The notes beneath the pieces are model-generated. The model did not search any database. It saw only the letters and a program-made list of their open reading frames with translations, and had not been told where the DNA came from. A stretch of 64,000 nt of DNA from Podarcis liolepis (taxonomy: Eukaryota), in NCBI GenBank assembly GCA_965112155.1, contig OZ218103.1. The stretch is one strand, 5' to 3'. A program made the position numbers and the translations under genes. Below are positions 25,273 through 39,270 of this stretch, one piece after another (within the stretch, counting starts at the first letter, position 1; each line of letters opens with the position of its first letter).

Positions 25273-26386
25273 GTGAGGAATTAAAACAATTAAATGGAAA
25301 ATGGACAGTGTAAATATTTGATCATCTCTGGTAGCTTTTCATTATACTCGAATCAGTGGAGATAATAAAAAGTTGCAGAGTATCCCCCACTCATAACACA
25401 AGTACTCCTCTTCAGGCCTCTAGCCAGCATGGAACACAAGCCTTGCAAGGCTCTAGGGTTCTTGTGGGAGGGGAGGTTTTTGCAGGCTTTTTGTTTCCTA
25501 CCCACCTGAAATATTCCCCAACTGTGTTATAAAGCACTTGGGTTAGCCCTATATTGCCATATTACAGGGTGGCAAAGACTTTAGAGTTATAAAAGGCAAT
25601 GGCATATTTCCTTTTGCCTCCTGAAGCCTGTGTATTTCAGTGAGGAGAGGGTTCACTCATGTACCCAAACTGTCACTGTGGCTACTATAAGTTGTTAAAG
25701 GTCCAGCCAAGTCAATTTTCTCTTTCTCCTGCTCCCCCAAACCATGACACCTTCACTATTCCATAGCTCTGGAAAGCTACTAAGGATGCTTAGTCCTCTT
25801 TGGGCTGTGCTAGGTTTCTGCCCCCCACATCTCTATTAACTTACAAGCTAATATACTTCTGCATTCTTGGAGTCTCTAGAGAATACAGAAGCTACTGCCT
25901 TGGGCAGTGAACTGCCTATCCATAGACAAGTTGATAAGTTATAATTTGGCTTTACAATTTTGGCAGCTGTGCTCCCTTCACATTGATCCTGACTATTGGT
26001 AGATCAGACGGTCTCTTCTTCACCTCCCAACCTCAGCCCTACTACATTTTTGGTTAGCAGCGGGTAAAATCTAGGGTTAATGGTCTGATCACAAGTACAA
26101 CTGTAAAGGCATTTTTTTATATTGTTATATATTTCGTTAGATAGAGCGAGAGAGTGCACACAACACCTGATCCTGGCTACCATTGTGGGACTAAAACTGT
26201 ATGCTTCAGTAGAACGGATTAACACAATAGCAGAACTACTACCCGCCTGTTTAAGGAAGAAACAATGTTAAAGGATCTGTTTTGTTGGAGTTGCTTCATC
26301 TTAGGCAAGAAGCACTGCCTAATAACCATAGATGTGAATCCCATTAAGGGATTGATAATAAGGTTTTTCCCCCACTTTCCCCTCAG

Positions 26387-26500
26387 GCTGAGTTGACATT
26401 GGAGATAAGATTGCAGATTGCCTTGGATGTAGTAGAAGGGATTCGATTTCTTCACAGCCAGGGGCTCGTTCACAGAGACATCAAACTTAAAAATGTATTG
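26387..26500 (+). CDS. DSTYK: DSTYK exon 10 (catalytic loop)
   Basis: ctcag|GCT..TTG|gtaagg, 114 nt; [38 protein letters not shown]. Confidence 0.96.
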
Positions 26501-27331
26501 GTAAGGGACAGCTTTTTGCCTCGAGCGTCATTCTCTTTGATAAAATGGAACAAGACATCAGTACATAAATAATGGCCTTGTTAAAACCATTCATTGGAAT
26601 TGTATCTCTGCTTTATAACTTCTTAAAAATGTAAAAAAACACTTTTTTCAAAAGGGGGGGGAGGCACGAGCAAAAGTGATCGCTGCCATTGTGAAGCACA
26701 AAACCTTTACTTTGCTGTATATAGAACACCAAAGGACAATGGTGCTGCCCAAAAAGATAGACTCAAGTGCTGAACAAGAAACTCAAGAATATTTAGGTTT
26801 TCATATGACTGGACCAATTTCCTTATAAAGAAAAGACAACCATACCCGATCACAGTTTAAACCCAGGGGAAAGATCAGAAACTGAGGCATATCTAAAGGG
26901 AGCTCAGCCAGAGTAAAATTGACTAGAGTAACAAAGAGCTATCTTTTCTGATCCTTTGAATGATCAGAAGGCTAATATACCCTTCATCTGTTCAGACTTT
27001 CATTTCCACAAGATGTGGTGATGGCAGTTAGTTTAGAGGACTACTTTTACACTGTTACCATTTCATAAAGGATTAGGTGTACCTGTGGCTGTTAGCTAGC
27101 AATCTCCAGGACAGAATCAGATAACACAAAATTATAAGAAAAAACAAAATAAGGAATTGGTGATTATTTTTGTGCTGGGCTAGATAATGAACTTCAGCTT
27201 GGTTCAGCAAATACATTAGTAATGTGCTAGCTGGGATTGTTTGTAGAAGACACTTGTACTACAGTGATGGCACGCTGGTCACTTTTGATAAGTCTTGAGG
27301 CTTGGGTTTGAGTAGTTTGTATCCTTTACAG

Positions 27332-27446
27332 CTTGATAAAAACAGCAGAGCTAAAATCACAGACCTGGGATTCTGCAAACCTGAGGCGATGATGTCCGGC
27401 AGTATTGTTGGGACCCCTATCCATATGGCTCCTGAACTCTTCACAG
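27332..27446 (+). CDS. DSTYK: DSTYK exon 11 (DLG motif, activation segment)
   Basis: tacag|CTT..ACAG|gtaaac, 115 nt; [38 protein letters not shown]. Confidence 0.96.
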
Positions 27447-28551
27447 GTAAACTTCTCATAGATCTCCTTATGGACTGTTGGCCATGAAGAATTTGAGGTC
27501 CGTTCCCTTAAGATGACAAAACTACATGTGTACAGTTAGAGGGATGCTTCTGCCAGGAAGTTTGGCAGATACATGCATGTATCCTCAGGGAGGGGAGGAG
27601 TATACTTTCAAGGAGATAGGCCACATTGAACTGTGTGGGTTATTACCAATGAAAAAACAGGTAGATGTTGGATTGCAGATCAAAATATCCTTAGATAAAT
27701 TAATTCTTATCTTTTAATCTCCCTTGTCCCAAATGAATGCTTCGATACGTCTGTCCTGTTACAAATTTATTTTTGTTAAAGGATTAGCTATGCAGCGCCC
27801 TCTATTCTATAACCTGCCTCATTATGAAGACCCAGGGTGGATATGGACCCTCAACATAAACCCTTAGCAACCAGAGTAAAATTGCATCACATTAAAAGAC
27901 CAGCTCAAATCATGAAGCCCAAACAGCTCTTACAAAGCTTCCAAAAAGTGCTCACACTTGGACTTCAGCAAGTCTACATGGAGGGGGAATTTTCCTAATT
28001 TGGTGGGGATTGCCACAGAGAATACCTCTTTGTGCTCATATGGTTGAACTGACACAAATGTTATAACTAAAGGTGCCCTTGGTATTGATCCTTGGTGGTT
28101 GTTGTGGGGCACATGTAGGAAATGATTTAATTCAGTGCTAGCGATAGGATATCCCTTTCTCCTCTCCACAAACTGTGTAGCTAACTCCCACTGTATTGTG
28201 TAGCTGTATGGCGAGTGCCACACCCCTGAAGAACATCTTAATATTCTTCCCATATGAGTCCACAAGATCAGATGAGAAGGAACTGTCATCAGGCTCCAGG
28301 ATGAATGTCAGAGCATCAAAGGCATGGTGGCGCCTCACTTGATCCAGTGGACTTGTGTGGGAAGAGCATTTGAATGTGCTTTTGTCCCAAGCAGGAGCAT
28401 TTAAGAGTAGTAGCCTTGCTGAAAATAAAGTTGCCTTAACTAAGCTCTAGGCTGTGTTGGAGTCCCCAGTGACCCAGTGTGCTGCTATTTTCCTGACAAC
28501 AATCTTATGCTTTCTAGTCTTCAACCAGTATCTCTTGCTCATCTGCCACAG

Positions 28552-28686
28552 GGAAATATGATAATTCTGTGGATGTATATGCATTTGGCATCTTGTTCTG
28601 GTACATCTGTTCGGGTCAAGTCAAGTTACCAGAGGCTTTTGAGAGATGTGCAAGCAAGGACCACCTTTGGAACAATGTACGAAGAG
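28552..28686 (+). CDS. DSTYK: DSTYK exon 12
   Basis: cacag|GG..AGAG|gtaggc, 135 nt; [45 protein letters not shown]. Confidence 0.96.
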
Positions 28687-29343
28687 GTAGGCATAACACA
28701 TAATGCAGTGTTGTGAAGGGATGGAGACTATATCTAAAGTTCCTAATCTAAATGACCGCATGTCAAGATCTGCTCTCGTGGTGGAGCTTTGGGGTCTGTT
28801 TCTTCCGACCACAGTCCTCTCTGCTGCCACACAAGCCAGCCCTTGAAACTCATGGCAGCTTCAGAAACCTCCTTCAGTGCTGTGCAACTGCTGTTCCTAA
28901 ACAAGGCTGAAAAAGGCACAAAGAGCTCCAATGCAGTGGTTTTTTTATGTAAGTGAGCTGCTTTGTAGCAGACTTCCAACATTTGAAGCAATTTTGCATA
29001 GAGAAATTTGCTTTGACTAAATGCTTTTGGAGCAATTGTCCTAAGTGAAAAAGCCATTCGACTAAATCTTTACACCTTCTGCATTTTCAGCAGAAGCTAG
29101 ATAAGGTAGTACTGGAGTGCTCATGTCTTTGCATCTCCTGGTGCTGTTGTGCTTTGCTGTTTCCTGTGTAGCTGTATGGCAAGGGCCACACCCCTGAGGT
29201 TTCCTGTGCTGTTGAATATAAAATTCACAGCAGCTGAGAACTTGAAGCAGCTAAGGTGGGCTGAGAGAAATGGGAGAATGAGCAGTTCCTTTAGTCTGTG
29301 GTTTCCAGGCTACTGTTGATAGCTTAGAACATATAAAAATTCT

Positions 29344-29621
29344 GGCTACAGTCTTATGCACACTTACCTGGGAGTAAGCTGCACTGAACTTGGTGGGTGC
29401 TGTCCAACTACATAGATCTGCTCTAGTGCACAGATTTTTTCTTGCACAGTGGAACTTCCCCTCCCTCAATCTGCTCCGGAGAGTTGGAGAGGAACCCAGA
29501 ACAGAGTTATGGAGGCGAAGTTCCTTTGCACAGCCCAAAGTCCTTGCAGTAGTGGATCTTTTCGGTTTAAAACTGCCCAGGAAGACTTGCTTCTGAGTAA
29601 ACATGCCTAGAATTGCACTGC
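29344..29621. mobile_element. Short palindromic squamate repeat interrupted by a second unclassified repeat
   Basis: Left half GGCTACAGTCTTATGCACACTTACCTGGGAGTAAG and right half GACTTGCTTCTGAGTAAACATGCCTAGAATTGCAC resemble uninterrupted copies near 30295-30362, 41550-41635 and 52808-52892. A ~185-bp insert lies between the halves. Confidence 0.55.
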
Positions 29622-30736
29622 AAAGCATAGCATGTGTGATTTAAAGAAGGTCCTGTAACATAAAGAGTACCTTTGTTTAGAACTAACTGTCTCAAGAGTC
29701 TATAAGTTGCTTTGAGGGCTATGACAGAAATATAGGCCAGATACGAATGACAACACTTAATTTCATCTGCTGTTCCAGAGGTTGACAGAGAACCAGGATT
29801 TCAACTCTTAGTATTATGTTTGTATAGAAATCAGACATCTAAAGATCTTCAAGCTAGATATAATCAGTACTTTCTTGGAACAAGGCAACAGCAATCTAAT
29901 TCTTTCAAAAACATGCATGCATGACTAATGCTTAAGTGGTTTTCTTTTTTAAAAAACAACAACCACCCAGCAATATCTTAAATCCCCTTAAAGTGTTTGA
30001 GAATTTGCAGTCCTTAGAGTGTTGGGAATCTCTGTGGACATGCTTCATTCTTTGAACAATGGGCTCTATTAGTTGCTACCTAAATTAGTGGAGCCTCCTG
30101 CATAGTTCCTTTTGTTACTAAAATGTACCCTTTTAACTTCATGCCTATTTTCAAGCTTCCCCAAACATGACCTCCCAAGATGAAGTTTTTACTTAATTTG
30201 AAAGCTTCCCTGCCTTATGGATAATGGTAGTTGTGGAAATTACAGTGCGTAGTATCATGAAAAAACAGGACTAGCACCTGTAGTACAACTAAGCAGTGCA
30301 ATTCTATACATGTCTCCTCAGTAGGATTTGCTCCCAAGTAAGTGTGCTTGGAGCTGCAGCCTTGACATGTTTCGAAGTGTTAATTTTTAGGTTTCAGAAT
30401 CGTTACAACATATGAAAAACGGCTTATAAGTGGTCAACTCATGTGAACAGTGTAATGCTGGCAACACTTTCGTGGTCACAACAGCAGTTTCCATGAGTAA
30501 GGGGCCATACCTTCCCAGTGCACCCTACTTTGTGTAAGCCAGTATTTATACATATTAATAATGTGTGTATTGACTCAGAGCCTTGTCCATAATTGGAAGC
30601 TTACGTCAGGTTTCTTTCCAGATGGGCCAGGTAAGCAGCTTATGCCTCTGACCAGTGTAATTAAAGCTGAAGTAGCAAAGATCAAATGAATTATTTTCCC
30701 TTTCAGTCAATTAACCATGTTCTCCTTTTTGTCCAG

Positions 30737-30924
30737 GAGTACGCCCCGAACGCCTTCGCATTTTTGATGAGGAATGCTGGCAGCTGATGGAAGCCTGTTG
30801 GGATGGAGACCCTTCTCAGCGCCCACTCCTGGGCATTGTCCAGCCCACGTTGCAGAACATAATGGACAGGCTTTGCGGGTCAAACTCAGCACCGTTGAAT
30901 AAAGGATTAGATGACTCTACTTGA
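30737..30924 (+). CDS. DSTYK: DSTYK exon 13 (last coding exon, stop TGA 30922-30924)
   Basis: tccag|GA.., 188 nt; [44 protein letters not shown]. Exons 2-13 total 2522 nt and chain in frame. Confidence 0.96.
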
Positions 30925-33900
30925 AAAACAAGCCATGGAGGAACTGTTCTATTATGTGAGAATGCCGGCCCCCACTTTGGCGTGGGCAGCTCAAGAGGGT
31001 AGCTTTTCTGAAGAGAGACTGGCCAGAAATTGGGCGCTTGGGTGAGACGATACCGAAATTCCACCTCATATAGCAGCCAGGGACATTCATCCCCAATACA
31101 CTACTAATGCAAGTTGCTAGAGCTTCCCTCTTCCCTTAAAACGCAAGAAAGATGGGAAATTCAGGCCTTGCTGTCTGGAAAGGATTTTGCTTATCCCCTT
31201 CAGATTCCAGTAAAAGGAAGAAAGCACTGTATGTTTCATAACTGGGGCAGCCAGCACATCTGCATCCCTAGCTTCAGTCTGCTATATGTCTGCAATGGCT
31301 CCCTTGAAGGTCACACACATGAATGTGGATTATTGGAAGACATAAAGTAGTATCTCTTTCATAGGATGGGTTTTCCAGCTATTCTTAGCGTGGATTCTGA
31401 GGGGTGTTAAGCTAATATTAACTTCATAGTACTTGGTATGTTTACATGGAAGGATCAAAGCATCCATTCTCTTGAGGGGAAGGCCACACTGCAATGGAAA
31501 TGCCCTTTAAAAAAAGTATAAGCTACCTGTGCTTTATCTTGTGAACCAAGCTCTTTTTGGTAAACGCTTAGTAGCAATTTTTGCAACATCTGATTAAAGA
31601 TGGCCTTTTTATTTTTATTTTTACAATCTTACAGCAAGATGGGTACTCCACCAAAAAAGACTCTGCACATACAGAAATTGAAACATAAATTGCTTGCAAC
31701 TAACTACTGCCTGTACCCAGTGGACAACTAGCAGGCCATGTTTTTAACTACAGCAGTTTTCTTGTTTTGAACCCAAGTATAAAGGCAGTGACTGTTTTAA
31801 ACTAATTATTGACAGGCATTTTAAAATATTTCTTCAGCTACTTTTTTTAAGCCATTCCCTTGGAGAATACCTGAGAGAGACCTGACATCATTCCATAGAT
31901 GTGCATGATTGCTATTTCTGACCATTTCCTTCTTTGGGGTTTGTTGTTTGGCTGTGTTAGACTATGTTAATTTAGGAATCCATTGCAGGGAGCACATGGG
32001 GAGGACAGTCCAGAGTCCTGCAAAATGAAGGGTTCTTTCTCATGTACGCACCCCTGAGAGAAATATTTGTTTGCATTTGTTTGTGCAAGACTTAGTTTCT
32101 TAGTACAACAATGTTTTGAGGAGAGGTGTGGGATGAGCTGGAGAATGCAATTGGCGTAAGGTCAAAGTTTTTCTCCCGTGTGTTTGGAGAAGGAAGGGTG
32201 AAACCTTATTCTCCTTCTTCCACACAATGAGGCATGCACTGGTTTCATCGTCATAGGATAATTGAGTGTGCGCTATACAAAGCCAATCAAACATGCAACA
32301 TACAGTCCATTGCTTCTGTTGCACAAAGCAGAATTACAGCCTCTTGCCTGTTTACATAAACTACTAGAGACAAAAGTGACCTTGCAATGTTACTGGCCCA
32401 GCCTAGATGAACCCTTCCTGTGTGCAATAAAATTGAAACTCTGCTTTTAAAATGATTGCTTTTTACTTAATGGGCATTCATTGCTAGGTGATGATCTAAA
32501 CTGTATTCACACTTCTGTCTACAAATTGTAGCACCTGGCAACTTGAATGGGCAGCGACGGTTGCCAACCATGCTCACAAAAAAGCACATATATTCTCAAA
32601 TAGATATTAGAAATGTCACTTACGTGCTAGCTAGGCCACTGTTCCACTCATTTGACAGTATTACTCATTTCATACCCATTTACTCTGTGCTACAGTGGCT
32701 AGTGACCTTGTTTAGAGTTAGGAGGGTCTAGGTCAGTATTTTTGGAAGTATATAGTTTATGTAAAATTAAAATGAATAAAACTATTTGAAAACGGCTTGT
32801 ATAGCTTTTCCCAAACAGCCACTTCCTTATTCTATAATATCCTGTGCCTTTTTGAAAACTTGAGTTGAAGTAGTGTATCAAATTCCACTAGGACTGTCTT
32901 CCCCATGGACACCTCTGGCTCAGTACACCTTTCCCAATGTACAACAATGCATGTGCTCCTTTGTTAGGCATAAATGTTAATTATTCTGAGCAGCTCTGAA
33001 TCAGATTTCACAGGCCCCCTGACATGCCTCACAAGAGGGAAGAGATGGGTTTTGTGTCGTCTAAAGATCTTCTAGTTAAAGCACATTTGACTTCAATTAA
33101 AACCCTTGTTCATATTTGGCAATGCTGTATGCTTTCTCTACGTTACTACCACCCTTGTGGCCTAAGAAGCATGTATTTTGAACACACTAACATTTTTCAT
33201 AGCTGTTTGAATAGAGGCAAACAGATGCCACCACCAGGTATTATGGTAGGAGTAATGGTGGCTATCTGTGTATTCAGGCCAGCTGTGAGTGCAGAGCATC
33301 TATCACTGCAATCCCACTCCAGTTACTTGACAAAAAGCATTAAACTGAAGATCTGTTAGAAGCAACTCCTGGTTGTTGTTGTTTTAAAAATAAAGTTATT
33401 GTTGTGCTCACGTACAACTATCTTATGCACTGCAAAATACCTCTTCTCTCCCCACCTGCCTCTTAAGTTAACTTCATTACCCACTTTCTTCTGTACCCAA
33501 AAGGAAACTTTGTTTACTAAACTGTATTATGCAACGTTTACAGGTTGCCACTGACTGGATGGCTAAAGCAGGTGCTCCAAAAGAGAGGTTTCTTTAGAGT
33601 TGGAAACATGATACATCAAACTAGTTTACAAAAACAAGTATACTTACAGAAAGCAGAGCTGGAGGAATCCATGGTGGTGCTAGTAGCTCATGGTTCAAAG
33701 ATGGAGCTATTCAAAGCTGCCCAATTGCTAGGCCACTTATTTCTGCTTTGGATATTGTGGCCAATTTAGGCTCTGGATACAAACACTACATAGGACTCAC
33801 ATGAGTGAAAGCAAGGCTTGAATGCAATGTCACATTGCCATGTTGCGATGCTGGAGTGTTGCCCTCAGCTTGCTAGTGCATTGCTGCTGTCTATCACATT

Positions 33901-34935
33901 GCTGTCTAGTGCAGTGGATTATGGGAGCTTTTGTTTGGCAACTGACCATTTTTGTGTGCGTTTCCTCCATCTGTAGTACTTCTAGTGACTTGATTATACA
34001 ATGCAAGCCCTTCTAGCTTGTTGAATTCAAGTGCAAGCTATTCTATTTATCTTTTTTTTAGCACTTTTGTGTTCATCCTTCTCTCAGCCCCTTCCCTCCT
34101 GGATAGTATTTGGAGGCTCAGAAGCTGCTTGAATGTAGGCTCTTGTAGGGCGACTGTCATTAATGGAAGGACCATCAGTACTGGATCCCAATCTAATGTG
34201 GTTCTCTGTTGAGCGTTCACTTTTAGAGATGTACATAATGCCTTCTCTGTATCTACTGGTCTCCTGGCCAGTTGTCCTCGCTTTGTTATTTTTTAAATTT
34301 TAATACTATGATTTTTTCCCCCTCCAGGGAGAGAATAAGAGCACAGCAGCATTTAAAACTCCCTCAGGGGCTTAAATAGCACTGTATTTCTTGACCTTCT
34401 AATGCTTCCCTTTGTTTTGGTTCTATTAAACTGATGGTCAACTGTTACAACTTGGCTATTGGGGGAGGTAGAAACCTGAGTTAAGAGTTGTACAGTTCCA
34501 TTGTAATGCCTATAGATTTTTCTACTACTTTTATTTTTTAAAAAACTTATGTATATTAGTGTTAAAGGCAAAGGTAACAAACTTACCAACTGTATAGGAA
34601 AAGTGCAATAACATGGAAAATGACATGATTGAGAAAAATATTTCCCTTGTATTCTGTAATACTAATTTACTCTCCACTGCAGCCCCTTCCCCCATTACGT
34701 GTATTTTAAGAGACGTGACTGTGGGTCAAGACTTCATTTAGTGCTATAATGAAAGTCTGTTTTAATAGAGAGTAGAATGCACAGAAGTGCTGTATAATAA
34801 AGGTTGCATTAACATTTTTTGCTGCTGCTTGTTTGGTTTTACTTTTCCAATAATTGTTCCAGAGACTTTGCTGAGTTTCGAATCTGTCACACCACCAACT
34901 GGGGAAGGGTAGCAATAATACCTGCTAATAAACTG
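30925..34935 (+). other. DSTYK: Probable long DSTYK 3' UTR with several candidate poly(A) signals
   Basis: AT-rich and poor in recognisable repeats; AATAAA at 32426, 32775, 33389, 34796 and 34927. The true end cannot be fixed from sequence. Confidence 0.5.
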
Positions 34936-36603
34936 ATCAAGTGGCTATTGAGCCACAAGGGCGTGGGCTTGTGTTGCTGAAGCTACAGCAGTACATCCTC
35001 TTTGGCAATGGGGATGGATGGATGGATGTCCTTGTGGGTACTGAACTGCATCACAAAATTCATCACTTATTTGGGGATGTGCCAGTACTGCCCCTAGGAT
35101 AGTATACACAGTAATAATCCCAATTCCTGTTGTAAAAGTTTCTACCTAATCTTTCTCTTCACTATACTATATTGCAGCCTTTCTTGATAAAATGCAATCT
35201 GTTTTTGCTGCAGTCCACATGATTACTACTCTGGATATGGCACGTTGGCAATCATGGATGTCAAAATCCTGTGGCACCTTAAAGCTGGCAAATTTTATTC
35301 TGGCACAATAAATTTCAATGGATTAAGAGCTCATTTAATCAGATAATCTTATAATGATGGAATCAAATGGGTTAGTCTTTGTAATTTTGATAGGCTGTTT
35401 TGGGTCTGCTCACAGGGTCCATTCAAAGCCATTTGTCCCATAGTCATTGCCTCTTATATTCTACCATAGGCATCTTCAAGGTGGCCTAGGATTTTTAGAG
35501 GATTAGTTTGGAAGAGATTTCTATTTTACTACTGCATTAAGTAATGTCTGGCATTAGAAAAATATAAGGCTGCCACAATTTCTTACTATAGTATATAAAA
35601 AAAACTGCCTGCTTGTAATTCTGGATATTAAGCAAAAAAGCAAAAGCAAAGAGCTTTTAAAGCTAAAGAGCAAATAAAAAAGCAAAGAGCAAATAAAATT
35701 GAGAGAAGTTATACACAGAACTGTAATACGGGAACAAAAAGGCTCCTGTCATGTTCACCTCTATTGTAAAGGTTCCCCTAACATCTCTTCTAAACGAATA
35801 AAACTTAATAGGCCTTGTACTGACATATCCTAATCCAGAGTTGCCTTGCTCTTCAGCAGCTCTTGACAAAGTGCCAGTTTTACAAATTATATCAATCTCT
35901 TTGTAAATGCAACAGCTCTTGAAATTAGATGGGGGAAAAGGCGCTTCCTCTTGGCTGCTCTAGGCAGCCATGTTCCTTAACATAAATTCCTTTAACTGTT
36001 TCTAAAGGTTTAACATCCTGGATTTAGATGGCAAATGAGACTTGATAGATGACTCCTCCCAATTACTTTTGCTGCCAGAGGGTACAACTTGGGGCATTTG
36101 GGATGTGTAAGAAGACAGAAGGACTTAAAACATTTGAGGCTAAATTAACCCTTGCCTGCTCTGTTTTCTTTCCCACCCTTCCACCCACAGTTTTCAAGGT
36201 TATTTTTTCTCTGTCAGGCTGCAGCAATAGGAGTACCCATGGGAAGGAGGGTATCCTGTGTACTATGCTCCCCTTCTGCCTTTGACATCCAGGTCTGCGG
36301 CTATTCCATCTAATTTATCCCTAAGGAATAATTAAAAACTACAGCAGCAGGGCAGGTGTGCTAAAAAACAATGTGCTGGTTAGAGTTAGTCTAATGCATA
36401 CAGTAAAGGCTAATAGCTAATCATGGAGGCCAGACACATCTGTCCGTGAAAGCTTGTGCTATAATAAAATACAATTAAGTGGGTACAAGATCTTTTGTCA
36501 GTGTGCGGTTGCTGGATTAGAATTTATCGAAGATTTGATTGCATTCTAGGCTTGAATAAGGACAGTTCCCCCTTCCATTACACATTATTTTATTCCTTAC
36601 TGT

Positions 36604-36969
36604 AGGGATGTGGGTGGTGCTGTGGTCTAAACCACTGAGCATCTTGGGCTTGCCGATTGGAAGGTCGGCGGTTCAAATCTGCACCACGGGGTGAGCTCAT
36701 GTTGCTCTGTCTCTGCTCCTGCCAACTTAGCAGTTCAAAAGCACACCAGTGCAAGTAGATAAATAGGTACTGCTGTGGCGGGAAGGTGAACACCATTTCT
36801 GTGCACTCTGGTTTCCGTCACGGTGTTCCGTTGCGCCAGAAGCGTTTGTCATGCTGGTCACATGACCCGGAAAACTGGACAAACACCAACTCCCTTGGCC
36901 TGAAAGCAAGATGAGCGCTGCACCCCATAGTTGCCTTTGGCTGGACATCCAGGAGTCCTATACCTTACC
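36604..36969 (+). mobile_element. Sauria SINE (Squam1), near full length
   Basis: tRNA-like head with A/B boxes (TGGTGCTGTGG, GGTTCAAATC), diagnostic GCAAGTAGATAAATAGGTAC core and TACCT tail; 13-bp TSD TATTCCTTACTGT at 36591-36603 and 36970-36982. Confidence 0.92.
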
Positions 36970-37816
36970 TATTCCTTACTGTCACTACTGTGAATGATCC
37001 TTAGGGCTAAACTTAGGGCTAAATTGTTCATGCTTAAACTGGATATTTTTCGTCTGAAGAAAAAGCAGTCAGAGCACCATAATCTAAAAAGAGCTCCTGA
37101 TTTGAATGGTGGTCCTACACCAGTTTCCTCCTGGAAATCCCCACCCCCCAGCTGCTATTTGCTTCCAGGAAATTGCATCCTCAGAGAGAGATTTAATTAA
37201 AGCATTTATTTACCTGTTCATTTCAGTTGCAATTCCAGAGCAAGTTACAGTTCATCCATGTACCTGATACAATCACTGCAAAAGAAGGCAGATAAGTTTG
37301 CAGCCAGTCAATGCTAAAATAAACATTTTGGCACTAAACTGTAACAAGAAGCTTGGGTGAATAACCAGGTCTTCAGCTGACATCCAAATTAGTAGTTGGT
37401 TTTTTAAAAAAAGGTGCAAGCCATATTTTAGAGGGAAGGAAATTCCAAAGCTAAGGTGCCATCACAAGGAAGGCTTTCCCACACATTGCCACATAGCAGG
37501 GCTTAGCTAAATCAGTGGGTAGGAGAGATTTTCACAAGGAACTTGCACAGAGCCCCCATCCACACTGGGAGCATGTTCTGGATTGGGGCCCTGTGATTGC
37601 TCCCTCCCCCCAGAGAATGGTGATGAGTTTAAGTATGCTTTTTCAAAAGTACAAATACATAATGTGTAGTTTGGCCTTTAAATTGCTATAGGTTGTACTT
37701 TATGCATTTCATGACCATTTGATCCCTGTTTTTCTTTACCCACCAATACCCACCCATATGTATGTACATAATATGCCAACTAACGTTACAATTTCATGGA
37801 TTTGATAATATGTATG

Positions 37817-38010
37817 GGGAGGTGCTGTAGCTCAGTGGGAGAGCACATGATTTGTATGAAAAAGGCCCCAGGTTCAATCTTTAGTATCTCCAGGTGGAGC
37901 TAGGAAAGACACTCATTTGAAATCCTAGACAGCTGCTGCCAGTCGGGGGAGACAATACTGGGCTAGATGGACCAGTGACCAAGCTCCATAAAAGCATATT
38001 CCTATGTGCT
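37817..38010 (+). mobile_element. Squam3-like tRNA-derived SINE
   Basis: GCTGTAGCTCAGTGGGAGAGCAC (A box), CCAGGTTCAATC (B box), CTGCTGCCAGTC..GACAATACTGGGCTAGATGGACCA core, TTCCTATGT tail. Confidence 0.8.
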
Positions 38011-39270
38011 AGTCTATGAAACCTTACACAACAGTTTGTCTTTAAGGTGCTCAAGAAACTTGTTTTTAACTAGAACCACCTAACCAGGACTACACCTATT
38101 TGGAAACGTAAAATCTGCCTGGGCTTTTTCATATTTGGAAATCTAAAAAGCCACATGAGTATAGACAAGCTTTTCAGCTGATCTCATGGAATATTGTCAA
38201 CATTTCCCAGCATTTTCCTAGGGCAAGGTACATTAACTTGTCAACAAGTGAGTCAGCATTAGCACAGAAAAATGAAACTGGATTTGTGCCTGTCAGAAAA
38301 ACAGTGGTGCTCTGTTATAGTTCTTCAAAGTCTTTAGTCCCAATCATATAACCAGCAAATGTTTTATTGAAATCCCAATTGCTGATGAATTTAATGACAA
38401 TGCAAGAACCCCACACAAAACAGAAACAGCCTCTATCACAGCACCTGTTGCAATCTACAAAATTGAATTAGGCTGCCCTCTTGCATATATTTTTTTCCAG
38501 CATCAAGCTAGGATTACAGGTACTCAAGAAGCATTGCCTCCTGCAAGTAAATATATTGCAGCAAACCTGTTTTCGCTGGCAAGATGTCCCAGCTAATCTT
38601 GGCACCTTGGCAAATAAACCTGTACAATATAGGAGTTTCCAAACACTCAGAGCAAAAAAGAGGGTAGTTATTTTCATTCAAAGTATGTTCGAAAAGTTGC
38701 TGAAGAGACTCTTCTTCCACTTCACAAATTTTGGCTGAGAATTTTGGTAGTGGCCCTGGACTTTGAGATAAGACTAAAATGGAGGACCAGGAAACTTCCA
38801 AAGAACACTAAAGAAATGCAGACAGGGCCGCACTCCCTTTTGGACAATGACAGGGGTCACTTACCAAGGGGTGGGTGTAGCCAAAGTGTGTGTGGCCAAA
38901 CAAATACCACTCCATCCAGGCAAGCAAAAGGTTCAAGGACACATTCCTTGAACCTTTTGCAACACAAGATGGCAGTGCAGAGCAGAACCAGTGAGAAACG
39001 TGGCCTTGGCAGAGTCCTGAGCAATGGACAGAATGATGTGGAGGCTTACTTCTGATCCCTGGGCCTGAGGTCTGCTCACCTCCCACTTCCTCACCCCACT
39101 GTCAATAGAAGAGGCAGGATGTTTGTTGTTGAGAAGCAAGAAACAAGGCATTTTGCCTCTGGTTCTTCTCAAGTCACGTAGAATGGAGAAAGTGAACTGC
39201 ATTTTCTTAACTTCTATAAGGCAGCTTAGCCCACACTTTGGGAAGAAACACAGAAAAAGTAGCACTCGTA

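Noticed and set aside
27359-27373. DLG in place of DFG as a sign of a pseudokinase
   Set aside because: DLG is the normal motif in DSTYK; the Gly-loop, catalytic Lys, HRD and APE motifs are all intact.
37000-37023. Interstitial telomeric sequence (TTAGGG twice)
   Set aside because: Only a 12-bp tandem duplication of CTTAGGGCTAAA, not a telomere array.
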